DNA from: a virus
Taxonomy: Duplodnaviria; Caudoviricetes
IMG/VR virus record: IMGVR_UViG_3300038679_000357
Location: 128,001 to 192,000 of that record
Length of the DNA: 64,000 bases
Reading direction: 5' to 3' (one strand)
The notes under the pieces: generated by a model
What the model saw: only the letters and a program-made list of their open reading frames with translations
The model's database searches: none
What the model was told of the DNA's origin: nothing
Program-made: the position numbers and the translations under genes
Part shown: piece by piece, positions 46,048-56,799 of the stretch
Position numbering within the stretch: the stretch's first letter is position 1
Layout of the letters: each line of letters opens with the position of its first letter

Positions 46048-49000
46048 TCACAAATGGAGAAGAGCGGCGTACGGTCCATTTACTTCCGTCTTAACTTCAT
46101 TTCTCTCTTCCTGTAGCTTATTGAGAAGATAATATGCTGACGCCATAAACTTCTCATTCCACAGGTCTGTCTGTAACTTTGGAGCTGATTTTGTAGTGTT
46201 AGATACGTCAGTTGCCACATCTTTTGGATCAGACTTAACAACAGACTGATTCAAATCAACTGGAGCTGATTTAACTGGCTCGCTAACAGCAGGGGCTACT
46301 GGCATCGGCACAGAAGACGGAGCAGCAGGCGTCATTTTGGCTTGTTGCGCAAATCTAATGCGATTTGAGAATAGTGGGATATAACTAGACTTAACTTTAG
46401 TTAACTTTGCAACCTCTCTATCAATCTCTTCCTGTAAATCTTTTTCAATATCCGTATCAACCAACTTAGAGCCCTTCGATGATTCATCTGCATTACTTGA
46501 TGATGGATAAGTCTCTGGTTTTTCGTCAAAGTCAAAATCACCAGTCGGAATTTCCGGAACGCTCACATCAACATCATCTGAACTAACATCTTCAACCGGT
46601 ACTGTTGTCTCATCTTCAACAGGAAGTGATTTATCTACCAGATTATCTTGAACGTCTTTCTCCACAGCAACCTGATCTTTTTTATCGATGTTGTCCTCAA
46701 CATCAATAAAAGAAGTTATTCCGCTAATCAAAGAGTTCTTGTAAGCTTTTGCTTCCTCAACCGTATTAAACTTAGTTAAAACGATATCTTCGTCTTTCAA
46801 TTTCTTCGAATTCAACCAAGATATCATTTCTGGAGTTGGCTCGCCAGTGTGAATGTTAAAGTCAGACAATCCAAGAGCTAGTCCTTTTGATTGAAAAACC
46901 TCCATTTTCTTCTTCTCATTTTCTTCTTCAAATCTATCAATGTCAGTTGATATATCAGAAGACTCACTGCAAGCCAGAACAAGAGAAGATATTCTTCCAC
47001 ACGAAACAACAGAAAGAAGTCTACGACACATTGTCGTCAACCATCTTGGATTTGAAATTTTAACAGCCCCACGCAAGTATGAATCTGAAACATTTGGAAC
47101 ATGCGATTTAATGACGTTTTTATTTTGAGATACAAAGCGCACGATATTGGTAAAACACAAATTGAATTTTTCAAACACCAACGCCACCTGATCTGGCGAT
47201 TTTACGCCCTTCATGTTTGAAACAGCAGAATTTTTCTCGTTAATTAGCTCACTCCTGTAACGAGAAAACTCAGATAAAAACTTTGACACAAGACGACAGC
47301 TAGACACGCCTGATAAATTTTTCCCATTCAACACACCTATAATTTCATTAACTTTTGAATTGTATTCGCCATCAGTTAATGAAAGTGTATGATCAATAAT
47401 AGACATGATGTATTTATTTTCATTCACCGCACCAGGCAATACTACTAATACAGACTCTCCATTCGCCACGTTAGATACAAGAGGAGTGGACAAGGTTATC
47501 AATGCAGATGGATTTCCAGTGGCTGAAGAAACAACATATAGTGAATTTGCTATACGCAATTTTTCACCACTTGAAATAATTCGTTTAAATCCACTGACAT
47601 TAATAGAGGTCTCACCAGCTTTGTGTCCGTTAGGGCTAGAAATCATTCCAACAGCCTTAGATCCCATTGAATCAACACCAGAAGAAACGCAATCAACGAT
47701 ATATTTTTTATCTTCCTTAGAAAGAAAGACGTCATACGGCAAAGACAAATCCTTTGACGATGAAATGGCGCGAAGAGCCATCCAACCATCTCTTGGTTTT
47801 GGTACTTTTGCTGCTTGATCAGCCAACACTGGATCATTAGCAAATTCTGGAGGGACTGTATTCCATTCCGATAAATTTACCGCATGCCATAAATTTTGAG
47901 CATTTAGCGGTAATGCGCCACTCACTCCAGAAAGGAAATCTCGATGAGACCGCAACATATTCGTCACAAAACCATTCAAATCTCTTATACCAGTACGAGG
48001 ATGAACACGTCCCTTTGAGTCTGGCTCCCAATTCATTTTCTCCATCATTCTATGACATATCATGTCCAAGTATGAATAATTTTTACCTGGCATATTTACG
48101 TCCATTGATTGGAATATTTTCTGAGCCTCAATAAATCCATCAAGAAAATCATTAACTTTGTATAGATATGGATCTTTCCCTTTTTCTGGTTCAATAGAAA
48201 AACCAGCAGTTGACATAAAACTATCTCGATTACTCTTTGGGAAAATAAACCCGCTCTTCATGACATCAGGAGCTATAGACTCTATTTTCTTTGCTAAATC
48301 AATAAGCATTTTTTCATCGTCAGATCGTCTAGCTGCGATCATCAATTTTATCGTTTCTGCAACAACATTATTATCTGTCATCGCCGTGACAGTATTATTG
48401 ACGATCGTGTCGGTTTTGAACATCTTTTTCAAGCTTTCAAAATCTGTTGGGACTTCAACTTCATAGCTTCCGCCAATGGCGTTTATTCGACTAAGGAATG
48501 GAGAAGCTCCAGACTCTTTCGAAAACCACTCTGGACCTTTATTACTTGTGAACACAAAATAAGTACCGTTTACGGCGTACAACCCCTTATCCTCTTCAAG
48601 AGTTTGCATGAGAGCTAAATTAATATCCCTCTGCATGGACCCATCCATTCTACTTTCGCCTTCAAAAACTTTATTTAACTCATCAATAAGAATGACGGTA
48701 TTTCTACAATTACGACAGTAGGCAAAGAACTCCTGAAGATTATTTTCGCTCTGTCCACGGAACATAGTATCACGACCGGCAGAAAAAACCTCATTCATGG
48801 TACACATATTGAACCGGAGGTCAAATGAATTTGCCAGCACATCCGCAAAAATTGACTTACCAGATCCAGCAGCACCATAAAGGAAATAAGCAGTTTTTAC
48901 GTTTCTCTTTATGGATGAAACGTTTTGTCTCTCAGCATCAATTTGCCTTCTCACTACAGCGATCATTCGATCATGATCACTATTAGAATAGGTCCCATCA

Positions 49001-51927
49001 TTTTGAGGATTATACTCTCTTACAGTAATCCTTCCGTCAAATATGTCTTTGAATTTTGAAAGAAAATCTGCTGACAGTTTAGGGGAAGACAATACGCCGT
49101 TACTCATTTTCAATAAAACAGCAGACCTTCCAGTCGATTCAAATACCGTCTTAACTTCCTTGTTTAGAGTAGATGCTGCGACAGGAACGATACCGCAATC
49201 ACACAGACGGCAAAGAACATCAATCTTTGTTTTTGCAGCTTGATAATCATCAACCAACGACCCAAACTCACTTATTACATAATTTGACCACGTACTTTGT
49301 TCCTTGGTCAAATATTCTACAGGCTTAATTACCGGAGCCTTCGCCTTTACGTTTAACTTAGACAAAGTAGACATGTCGCTAGTCACTTCAAACAAAGCGT
49401 CTTTTATGGACATTTCATTTGAGGTAATCATTTTATCGACATCGCCATTTGCACTAATGAACGAATCAAACAATCTTTTGATTTGCACATTAACAAACTC
49501 TTTTGCCCTAAATGATGACATTCCGGCTAACTCATCCTTAAACTTCCAAGCAAAAGTTTCTGGAAGGAAGAACGATTTTGCAATATTCCTTTTCTCTTCA
49601 TTAGTTTCCGTCTTCACATAGTTACTTATCGCTCTTCTGGAGAAAATATTAATATACTCTCCGACTTCTTTGTCAGACAACAGAAATGCATCAACATAAA
49701 CAATTCCAATCGAAACTGTTTCAGATATATCATTTGGCATAGCTGATTCAGTAACGATAAATATGTGAGATCGATCAAGTTTGTTATCACGAACTTTTGA
49801 ACTATAAGAATTCAACATCTCTTGAAATTTTTGGCTAATAGCCATCTCTTTCTTTTTGGTTGATGAATTTTCAACCGCTGATACCAATCCATTGCCAACC
49901 ATACTTGCGCCAGCCCCATCAATACCCTTTATTACAACAGCAGATGGAGATGAGGTGCTTTCAAGTCCATATTTTTTTCGAATACTTGATACAATTGATA
50001 AGAAATCTTTTTTCTGATTTTTAGGAATTATTTCAAGTAGTGATGACTCATTTATAACCCCACCAAAGCGAGGTACATTCAGTCCGCGCTTTATGCATTC
50101 GTCAGAAATTTCATCGTTCATCCATTGTGGATCTTTTAAATTATAGCGCAAAAGCGATCCAGAGGCGTCGTACTCACCGCCATTATCAACCGGAGTCGCC
50201 CATTCATTGGTTTCTGACATCTTCTCCATAAACTTACTTATCTCACCAATTTCCCGAAGAAGATGTTCAAGCGCACAGCTATACAACCCTGAATTTTTCC
50301 GGTCCAATTTCTTTCTTTCCTCAAGATATTTTTTTGCCTTGAGTCTCTTTACTAATGCTCGGTTGACTTGATATAAATTATTTCCGCCGCCAACATGATA
50401 TGGAATCTTATCTCTGTAATCATACAAGTCAGGAGCCCAATTCGGAAGTGGTCCGCGATTAATTTTTATTCCGTATTTCTTTTGAACCTTTAAGATATCT
50501 TCTCTATGATCTTCGTACTCCTCAGAATAAATATCTGCTCCATCTGCAATCTCAAATGTAACTTTCCCATGATTACGAGTACGCTCATTAAGACGATCAT
50601 AAAGCTTAGATCCGCTAGAGACAACAAAATTAATGTAGTCATTACCACGAACTGCTCCAGTATAATAACATGTACCATCTGGAATCGCGCCGCCACTTAA
50701 CTGCTTATGTTCAACAGGAAGTTTAGATACTCCAGGCACGCCGATACTTCTTATGGATTCTGGATGAGAAATATCATAACTACTGACAACCAAATTTATT
50801 GGAGACGTTTCTCCAATGCCTAAAGACCAGGAAGCATCAACTGTAACACTCGTTAGCTCAGACGCTCGCTCGAAAAGAGACTTACTCTTATCCATTCTTG
50901 AACTGCTACCAACGTACTCAGAAATTGCATGAGTAACTTCCAGATCATTTTCTTCTCCGTCAGCACTCATTGGTAGCTTAACGTTTCTTGCTATGTCGAG
51001 ATAATTAGGGTCTGATACATTTTTTTTAGGGCGAGCAGCTACCTTAATTAAATCTTGCGAGATTTTAGATGCAACTGTAGTGTCTGGTGAAACTCGATAC
51101 GGTAAAAAAGACTTGTCAATAGTCCCATTTATAACACTCATTTCTCTACGTACATCTGCTACAGCAGCTTGAGAAAGACCGCCAGATAATTTCCACGACT
51201 TTCTTTTTTCATTAGCCTTTGTTTCAACATCTACTATTTCAATTCCCTTGACCGACCGACAAAGATATGTATACGACATTGGATTATCTGGATTGTATAC
51301 AATATCATTGCTTCGCAAGCTTGGCATTGCTGATAAAATCAACTCCTCAGTAATCGGAGCACCTGAGCCACCCTCGGAAGCGGCGGAAAGAACTCGCTCA
51401 GCATCCTTCTTAAATTCAGATACAACCATGTTATGTGGACTAAGATGGTTAAACATGGGGGTTCCGAAAATTGATTTACTTACGGCAGCTACATTCTTCT
51501 TTTCATGGTCGGGAATATTTACTCCACTACCAACCGTAACCTCGTCAACTATCGCTTCAGAAGTGCCTTTATTTATATTTACGTCAGTGTCATGAACGGA
51601 TGAATTTATAATATACTTAACGATTGAAGCGGCTGGTTCAGAATTATATCCGGGGCAAACTATATTTATGATTTTTCTTCCACTAGAAATATTCCATTTT
51701 GCATCAGCAATACACCTGTCGTATTTACCAGTTGACACAAGTGAACGGAACTCTTCATCAGAAGAAGCCATTTTATTAAGAACGGTTCTACCTGTTTCAC
51801 TTGCCTTGGTTAATAAATCCGCTGGTATATTTAAACGGCTGGGGCGACGCTCGTCAGCATTAGCGACGACGCGCCTCCCCATAGCCTTACCAACGGACCG
51901 TCTCAGGCGTCGCTCAAAGCTACTCAT
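46048..51927 (-). CDS. Giant protein (1959 aa) with a central AAA+ ATPase domain
   Basis: Walker A YGAAGSGKS (about 48853-48880), FRGQSENNL, Walker B VILIDE, sensor-1 FTSN, Arg-finger-like PFLSRIN; acidic C-terminal tail. Confidence 0.8.
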   Translation of the reverse strand: MSSFERRLRRSVGKAMGRRVVANADERRPSRLNIPADLLTKASETGRTVLNKMASSDEEFRSLVSTGKYDRCIADAKWNISSGRKIINIVCPGYNSEPAASIVKYIINSSVHDTDVNINKGTSEAIVDEVTVGSGVNIPDHEKKNVAAVSKSIFGTPMFNHLSPHNMVVSEFKKDAERVLSAASEGGSGAPITEELILSAMPSLRSNDIVYNPDNPMSYTYLCRSVKGIEIVDVETKANEKRKSWKLSGGLSQAAVADVRREMSVINGTIDKSFLPYRVSPDTTVASKISQDLIKVAARPKKNVSDPNYLDIARNVKLPMSADGEENDLEVTHAISEYVGSSSRMDKSKSLFERASELTSVTVDASWSLGIGETSPINLVVSSYDISHPESIRSIGVPGVSKLPVEHKQLSGGAIPDGTCYYTGAVRGNDYINFVVSSGSKLYDRLNERTRNHGKVTFEIADGADIYSEEYEDHREDILKVQKKYGIKINRGPLPNWAPDLYDYRDKIPYHVGGGNNLYQVNRALVKRLKAKKYLEERKKLDRKNSGLYSCALEHLLREIGEISKFMEKMSETNEWATPVDNGGEYDASGSLLRYNLKDPQWMNDEISDECIKRGLNVPRFGGVINESSLLEIIPKNQKKDFLSIVSSIRKKYGLESTSSPSAVVIKGIDGAGASMVGNGLVSAVENSSTKKKEMAISQKFQEMLNSYSSKVRDNKLDRSHIFIVTESAMPNDISETVSIGIVYVDAFLLSDKEVGEYINIFSRRAISNYVKTETNEEKRNIAKSFFLPETFAWKFKDELAGMSSFRAKEFVNVQIKRLFDSFISANGDVDKMITSNEMSIKDALFEVTSDMSTLSKLNVKAKAPVIKPVEYLTKEQSTWSNYVISEFGSLVDDYQAAKTKIDVLCRLCDCGIVPVAASTLNKEVKTVFESTGRSAVLLKMSNGVLSSPKLSADFLSKFKDIFDGRITVREYNPQNDGTYSNSDHDRMIAVVRRQIDAERQNVSSIKRNVKTAYFLYGAAGSGKSIFADVLANSFDLRFNMCTMNEVFSAGRDTMFRGQSENNLQEFFAYCRNCRNTVILIDELNKVFEGESRMDGSMQRDINLALMQTLEEDKGLYAVNGTYFVFTSNKGPEWFSKESGASPFLSRINAIGGSYEVEVPTDFESLKKMFKTDTIVNNTVTAMTDNNVVAETIKLMIAARRSDDEKMLIDLAKKIESIAPDVMKSGFIFPKSNRDSFMSTAGFSIEPEKGKDPYLYKVNDFLDGFIEAQKIFQSMDVNMPGKNYSYLDMICHRMMEKMNWEPDSKGRVHPRTGIRDLNGFVTNMLRSHRDFLSGVSGALPLNAQNLWHAVNLSEWNTVPPEFANDPVLADQAAKVPKPRDGWMALRAISSSKDLSLPYDVFLSKEDKKYIVDCVSSGVDSMGSKAVGMISSPNGHKAGETSINVSGFKRIISSGEKLRIANSLYVVSSATGNPSALITLSTPLVSNVANGESVLVVLPGAVNENKYIMSIIDHTLSLTDGEYNSKVNEIIGVLNGKNLSGVSSCRLVSKFLSEFSRYRSELINEKNSAVSNMKGVKSPDQVALVFEKFNLCFTNIVRFVSQNKNVIKSHVPNVSDSYLRGAVKISNPRWLTTMCRRLLSVVSCGRISSLVLACSESSDISTDIDRFEEENEKKKMEVFQSKGLALGLSDFNIHTGEPTPEMISWLNSKKLKDEDIVLTKFNTVEEAKAYKNSLISGITSFIDVEDNIDKKDQVAVEKDVQDNLVDKSLPVEDETTVPVEDVSSDDVDVSVPEIPTGDFDFDEKPETYPSSSNADESSKGSKLVDTDIEKDLQEEIDREVAKLTKVKSSYIPLFSNRIRFAQQAKMTPAAPSSVPMPVAPAVSEPVKSAPVDLNQSVVKSDPKDVATDVSNTTKSAPKLQTDLWNEKFMASAYYLLNKLQEERNEVKTEVNGPYAALLHL

Positions 51928-51951
51928 CCTGGTAGGTCCCTTTTGGTTGTA

Positions 51952-54900
51952 TTATTCCAATTCGCCAGACTTGATGTACTTGTCTGATTGACGGCTTCCA
52001 ATAGTGAAATGAGAAGCTATTTTCTCAGTCAAGCTTTGCGCCTGATTCTTATTCTCTGGCATACCTTTATCTTCGATTACAACAGGAGTGGTCAAGGTAG
52101 AAGCTGTCTTCACGGTTTTGCCGGAATTCATCTTCGACGCCATTTTTTCCTGTTTATCGAGAGGCATGGTGGACAGAAGATCTACCATATCATCGTACTC
52201 AGACTCAACGATACTTCCATTGCCGAGCATGGTCGCAGCAATTTTGATCGCTTTGTCTCGTCTGGCGGTAGCAATCTTGGAACGATGTTCTTCGAGATTG
52301 GCAGTAACCCTGGTAGTCACTTCAACCTTTTCTGCGTCTTTGTGAGGAGCAGTTGCTTCTTCGCCAGAAGGAATGGAAGATTTTTCATCCCCCATCATAG
52401 CACCATCGCCCTTGCTTGGAACAACAGGTGCTTTTTCTTCGACTGGTTTCTCATCACCCATCGTCGCCTTGCCACGCGAAACGCAATCGCACTCAGATAT
52501 CGGCTTCGCTTCTCCAATAGAATCGCCAGCCGTTACAACGACTGTAATTCCATCAGAACCAGTAGAGGTTGACGAAGTGGCGATATTCCCCGTAATGGAG
52601 GTATTAATATCACCCTTTTTCTCTTCCTCTCCAAGATACTGAACCTTAACTGGGATTACGACCTCATCAGTCGATTTCGGAGCCGCTTCCTTCTCGTTGC
52701 CGAGATATCCATCGTTCTTGGCTTTCGGAATTTCCGGAGCCTTATCGGCTGGAGTAGTGTCCTTCTCCTCTCCCATCATAGCCTTACCGGATGGAATCTT
52801 TGCTTCGTCCTGCAGAAGCTTCTGAACAATCTTCTTGGTCTTCAACTTGTCAGTTTTGACCTTAACTTCATCACATGCCTTCGCCTTTTTTTCGGTTTTA
52901 GCGGTAGCGACACCATCTTCGACCTTCAAATCAGCGATGTTGGTTTCGTCGTCAGAGATCTGCTTCTCTTCGTTAGCTGTTTTCACAGCCTTACTTGGAG
53001 CAACATAACCAGCCATACGGCGCATAACACCTTTACTGAACATACCAGCAAAAGCTTCCATATAGAGGTTTTCATCTTCCTCTGTCTTGAAGCGTTCCTT
53101 GATACAAGCGCATACGTGCTTGGCGCGTTCCTCAGACAAACCGCTCTGACGTTTCTGCAACTTCACACATTCATCCATCGGATCAGCCTTGGTCTGAACT
53201 TCGCAAAGGCGCTTCATGTGCTTAACCTTATCAAGCCCGAAGGTTGAAAGCTGCTTGACAACTGTGTCAGCAAGTTTCTCTCCCTTAAACGGACCGTAGG
53301 ACACAACAGCATCTTTACCGTAGTTTTTAGCTACCCAAGCTTTAGCAGAAGCAACTGGGAATTGAGCCTTAGATGCAGACTTAATCATACGACCAAAGGC
53401 AATATCAGTTGCGAAAGCCTTCCGTGCCTTATTGCAAGATGCGCATTTACGCTTGGAAGGTTTCAAATTCCACTCAACCCTCATCTGTACGTTTTCTGGC
53501 GAATTCGTATCGATGATCAAATCACGCTGACAATGAGTTCCACAAGACGCGCATTTGGTAACATGCGAGCTTGGCTCGCCTTCCGCCGCTTGTTCGCGTC
53601 CACATCCAGGGCAAGCTACCTTGCCTTCACTGAACGCTTTAACAACGCGCCCAAATACCTGTTTATCAACCTTTACGGCTGCTGCAACAGGCATTTCCGG
53701 AAGTTCTGGCTCTTCCATACCATCTTCTTTCTTAGCGTTGTTAAACAACTCTTCAGGATTGAGGATGTCAACGTTGACGTGCATGATGTACTTCGCGCCA
53801 CAGTTATTGCAGTCGAACTGACCGGCATTCTGATCCTTACGACCAGTTTCAGTGTCATCCGCACCGCAAATCGGACAGATCGTGCCTGCCATCTTCTGCT
53901 CGTCGCCAGGAATATCTTCCTCTTCCGACACATCGTCAGTAAGAGTCTGAACGCCACCTTCTTCCGGCATAGCTTCTGGAGCCATGGCACTAGTATCTTC
54001 GGGAGCGGCTACACCGCCACCAGCATTAGGAACGCCAGGAGCACCACCGCCAAACTGAGCGGTCTTTACCTTTTTCTTTGTAGCTGCCATGCCAAGGATA
54101 TCATCAACCGACGTTTTTCCGGGAGCAGAAGCTCCTGGAGTAGACGCAGCACCCAACGCAGGAGCGGCAGGAGCTGGGGCAGGTGCTTCTGGGGCAGGGG
54201 TAGGAGCAGGGGCAGCCATGTCTTCAACACCTGCATCACCACCAAGATCTGTATCAAGGGAGGTGTCTTCCTTCACAGAAGACTTATCTCCGATAGGAAT
54301 TTCAACAGACTCTCCGCCATCAGTTTCTACGGCTATCGTAATGGTCTCACCATCAACAGTTACGTTTACCAAGCTGGCAAACTTCAAGCCACTCTGCTTA
54401 CATGCGGCACGAGCAAATTTGGACGCGATAATATTTCTATCTTCTTTAGACTCCTTACCAGTCAAACCAACCTCAGCCGCAGTCGCCTCAATCATATGAT
54501 CAGCAGCAACCACCTTATTGGACTTAATGTCAGATGCGATTGTTTTCGCTTCTTCCAATTGAGTTTTTGCACTGAAGAATGAATTGATCTGTTCAGTCAT
54601 TGAAGGTTCAAGATTCTCAGTAGGCACAGAAGCCTTGGCGATAATCTGATTAACCTTTTCTTCAACCATGTGCGAAGCGCTATTTGCAACAACCGCATGG
54701 AAGCACTCTACCAAGCACTCAGGATTCAACTCACCAGCCTTAATGGCTTCGGACGCATAAGACACGAGAGCGTCGCGAATGGTCATAGAAGACTGAGACT
54801 TGACGCCTTTTTTGCCCCAATACCCATTTCTTGATGCAAGCGTGACGATATCTTCAGATTTCGAATTATCATTCCACATTTCATAAGCAAAAGCCAATTT

Positions 54901-56799
54901 TGTACTTGACGTTCCGCCAGAGAAGGAGCAAGCTGCCTTCATAACTTGCTCTGGCGTGCTGCCACTGGCAACAACAACCTTGGCAAGAATGTCAGTGCTG
55001 GCTTCCACATGCTTTTGAATGGAAGAGGCAGAGCGAGCCCATGGAGTCTTGCTAAGCTGCTTCTCAGTTACCACGTCTTGTTCTTTGCCAACGCGATCAA
55101 CTTCCAATTGAGATTCCATAACGGCATCAGCTTCTTTACCAGTACGGGGTAGATCACCCTTATCAAGCTGCTTTTCAGTGATAACTTCAGTTGACTTTCC
55201 AGTACGGGACAAATCACCTTTTTCAAGTTGCTTTTCAGTAATGTCAGAAATGTCCTTACCATCCCTTTCTTTTTCAAGCTGTTTTTCCATTACAACATCA
55301 GCTTCTTTGCCTGTGCGAGAAGATTCGAGTTGTGCTTCGTTCGTCTCGTGGAGATCGGCACCCTTGGCTTTTGCCTCCACATTCATTCCCTTAGACATGG
55401 CTTGACCTCCACTTGTCGTTAGATCTTTATTAATAGCTTCTGTGAGATTGTTACTGAAAATTTTCAATTTCTCCTGCCAATTACCATCAAGAACTTCTTT
55501 TGTCCTCTCTCTGTCGCTTGCAGATTTAATTGGCATGCGCCTCATTTCGTCCTCCGTTTGACTCTTTTTAGGCTTGATCGGTCTGGTCAGTTGACTCTTC
55601 GCAGCCGGTCTTGTAGCTTCTTTGAAATCACTTAATGCCGAAGGAGCCGACGGAGGCTCTACAATAGGTTTTTCTGTATTTGTTGTTCCAGCAATATCAG
55701 CTTCTTGCGAAACGGGCTGGGTAGCAGGAGCGCCAGGAGCTGGAGCAGGAGCTGGAGGCGCAGACTGATCAGGAGAAACTCCAGGAACAGGCTGTCCAGA
55801 GGACTCAGGCAACTGACCATAACCAGCCTGCACTAGCTGGTCTACGAAATCCTGCAAACTTGCAAGAATTTCAACAAGATCGCTGGCAAACTCCATTTCA
55901 ACATTAGCACGATTCTGAATCAATTTAACAGAAACTTGTTCAATTGTCGTAAGACATTGATTGAGTTGTTCTACGTCTTGCTGAGAAGCATTCTTTTCAA
56001 GTGACGCGGTACGAACAACGGAAATGTTGTTGTAGCACGTAGAAGCAGCCTTAACAAGACTTTCGTACGATCCAGCAGCCTTGTCCTCACAGCCACATTG
56101 CCCAAACTCGCTGCCATCATAAATCTGATCAATCCTGCAACTCGTACACGCAGGATCGGCAACGCCACTTAGTTCAATAAAGCGCAAGTCATAATTGTGT
56201 TCAAAAACCAACTCAGCTTTAACTTCGCGAGTTTTTCCGGTTCTTACATTTTTCACAGATCCGGTAAACTTACGCCCTTTAAAGTTCTTGATATGTGAGC
56301 AATATTCGTCAACAGTTGATGCCCTATTACCACACAGCGAACATTCAGAGTAGCCGACAGACGCCCCCATACTGACGCCAGTCATATACTCTTGTTCTAT
56401 TCCACGGCACAAATTCGGATATGCGTCTCGATCAACAAACGCCACTACATAAACAGACTTCTCATCTTCAATCCATTCCGCCCATACAATCTTACCTTTT
56501 GCGCGTTCTATATTTTGATTATCATGATTAGTGAAGAATGGCACGCCAACAAATGTTTGATAACTTTTCTTCAACTCTGAAGCGGAAAAAGAGTCGCCAT
56601 TGTTATTGGGAATATCAGCCTCGATCGCCTTGGCGCGGAAAAAAAGAGCATTTTTATGCTTCTTCATTTCTGCAACGATTACATTTCTCGCTTCGTTTTC
56701 AATCCCCTTTTTAGAAGATGCTGTTCTAATGAAGCCACCTTCGTAGGATTCGACTTTGTCAATCGAAGTAAAAGAAAAACTAGCTGATTTGTTGATCAT
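51952..56799 (-). CDS. Prohead protease fused to a long scaffold/core region (about 1615 aa)
   Basis: N-terminal protease motifs NNNGDSF, PFFTNHD, KGKIV, GVSMG, CSLCG...YCSHI, FIELSGVADPA; then about 1350 aa of charged and Pro/Ala-rich sequence with Zn-finger-like CxxC pairs. Likely start MINKSAS. Confidence 0.85.
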   Translation of the reverse strand: MINKSASFSFTSIDKVESYEGGFIRTASSKKGIENEARNVIVAEMKKHKNALFFRAKAIEADIPNNNGDSFSASELKKSYQTFVGVPFFTNHDNQNIERAKGKIVWAEWIEDEKSVYVVAFVDRDAYPNLCRGIEQEYMTGVSMGASVGYSECSLCGNRASTVDEYCSHIKNFKGRKFTGSVKNVRTGKTREVKAELVFEHNYDLRFIELSGVADPACTSCRIDQIYDGSEFGQCGCEDKAAGSYESLVKAASTCYNNISVVRTASLEKNASQQDVEQLNQCLTTIEQVSVKLIQNRANVEMEFASDLVEILASLQDFVDQLVQAGYGQLPESSGQPVPGVSPDQSAPPAPAPAPGAPATQPVSQEADIAGTTNTEKPIVEPPSAPSALSDFKEATRPAAKSQLTRPIKPKKSQTEDEMRRMPIKSASDRERTKEVLDGNWQEKLKIFSNNLTEAINKDLTTSGGQAMSKGMNVEAKAKGADLHETNEAQLESSRTGKEADVVMEKQLEKERDGKDISDITEKQLEKGDLSRTGKSTEVITEKQLDKGDLPRTGKEADAVMESQLEVDRVGKEQDVVTEKQLSKTPWARSASSIQKHVEASTDILAKVVVASGSTPEQVMKAACSFSGGTSSTKLAFAYEMWNDNSKSEDIVTLASRNGYWGKKGVKSQSSMTIRDALVSYASEAIKAGELNPECLVECFHAVVANSASHMVEEKVNQIIAKASVPTENLEPSMTEQINSFFSAKTQLEEAKTIASDIKSNKVVAADHMIEATAAEVGLTGKESKEDRNIIASKFARAACKQSGLKFASLVNVTVDGETITIAVETDGGESVEIPIGDKSSVKEDTSLDTDLGGDAGVEDMAAPAPTPAPEAPAPAPAAPALGAASTPGASAPGKTSVDDILGMAATKKKVKTAQFGGGAPGVPNAGGGVAAPEDTSAMAPEAMPEEGGVQTLTDDVSEEEDIPGDEQKMAGTICPICGADDTETGRKDQNAGQFDCNNCGAKYIMHVNVDILNPEELFNNAKKEDGMEEPELPEMPVAAAVKVDKQVFGRVVKAFSEGKVACPGCGREQAAEGEPSSHVTKCASCGTHCQRDLIIDTNSPENVQMRVEWNLKPSKRKCASCNKARKAFATDIAFGRMIKSASKAQFPVASAKAWVAKNYGKDAVVSYGPFKGEKLADTVVKQLSTFGLDKVKHMKRLCEVQTKADPMDECVKLQKRQSGLSEERAKHVCACIKERFKTEEDENLYMEAFAGMFSKGVMRRMAGYVAPSKAVKTANEEKQISDDETNIADLKVEDGVATAKTEKKAKACDEVKVKTDKLKTKKIVQKLLQDEAKIPSGKAMMGEEKDTTPADKAPEIPKAKNDGYLGNEKEAAPKSTDEVVIPVKVQYLGEEEKKGDINTSITGNIATSSTSTGSDGITVVVTAGDSIGEAKPISECDCVSRGKATMGDEKPVEEKAPVVPSKGDGAMMGDEKSSIPSGEEATAPHKDAEKVEVTTRVTANLEEHRSKIATARRDKAIKIAATMLGNGSIVESEYDDMVDLLSTMPLDKQEKMASKMNSGKTVKTASTLTTPVVIEDKGMPENKNQAQSLTEKIASHFTIGSRQSDKYIKSGELE
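52380..52800 (-). repeat. Five imperfect protein repeats ([ML]G[DEN]E[KE]...P) near the scaffold C-terminus
   Basis: GKAMMGEEK, GYLGNEK, QYLGEEEK, GKATMGDEK, GAMMGDEK. Confidence 0.7.
55050..55350 (-). repeat. Six tandem 16-19-aa repeats (E[KSA]QL...R[TDV]GK) in the scaffold region
   Basis: NEAQLESSRTGK / MEKQLEKERDGK / TEKQLEKGDLSRTGK / TEKQLDKGDLPRTGK / MESQLEVDRVGK / TEKQLSK. Confidence 0.85.

Noticed and set aside
11091-51927. Extracellular contractile injection system or gene transfer agent
   Set aside because: Despite the AAA+ ATPase, the portal, protease, capsid and neck genes are present and no sheath is seen. Gene sizes and accessory load fit a large phage.
53362-54582. 406-aa plus-strand ORF (also 44701..45357, 51988..52572 and many shorter ones)
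   Set aside because: These are antisense shadows of well-supported minus-strand genes. Their composition is implausible (Arg/Ser/Phe-rich) and they have no motifs or ribosome-binding sites.
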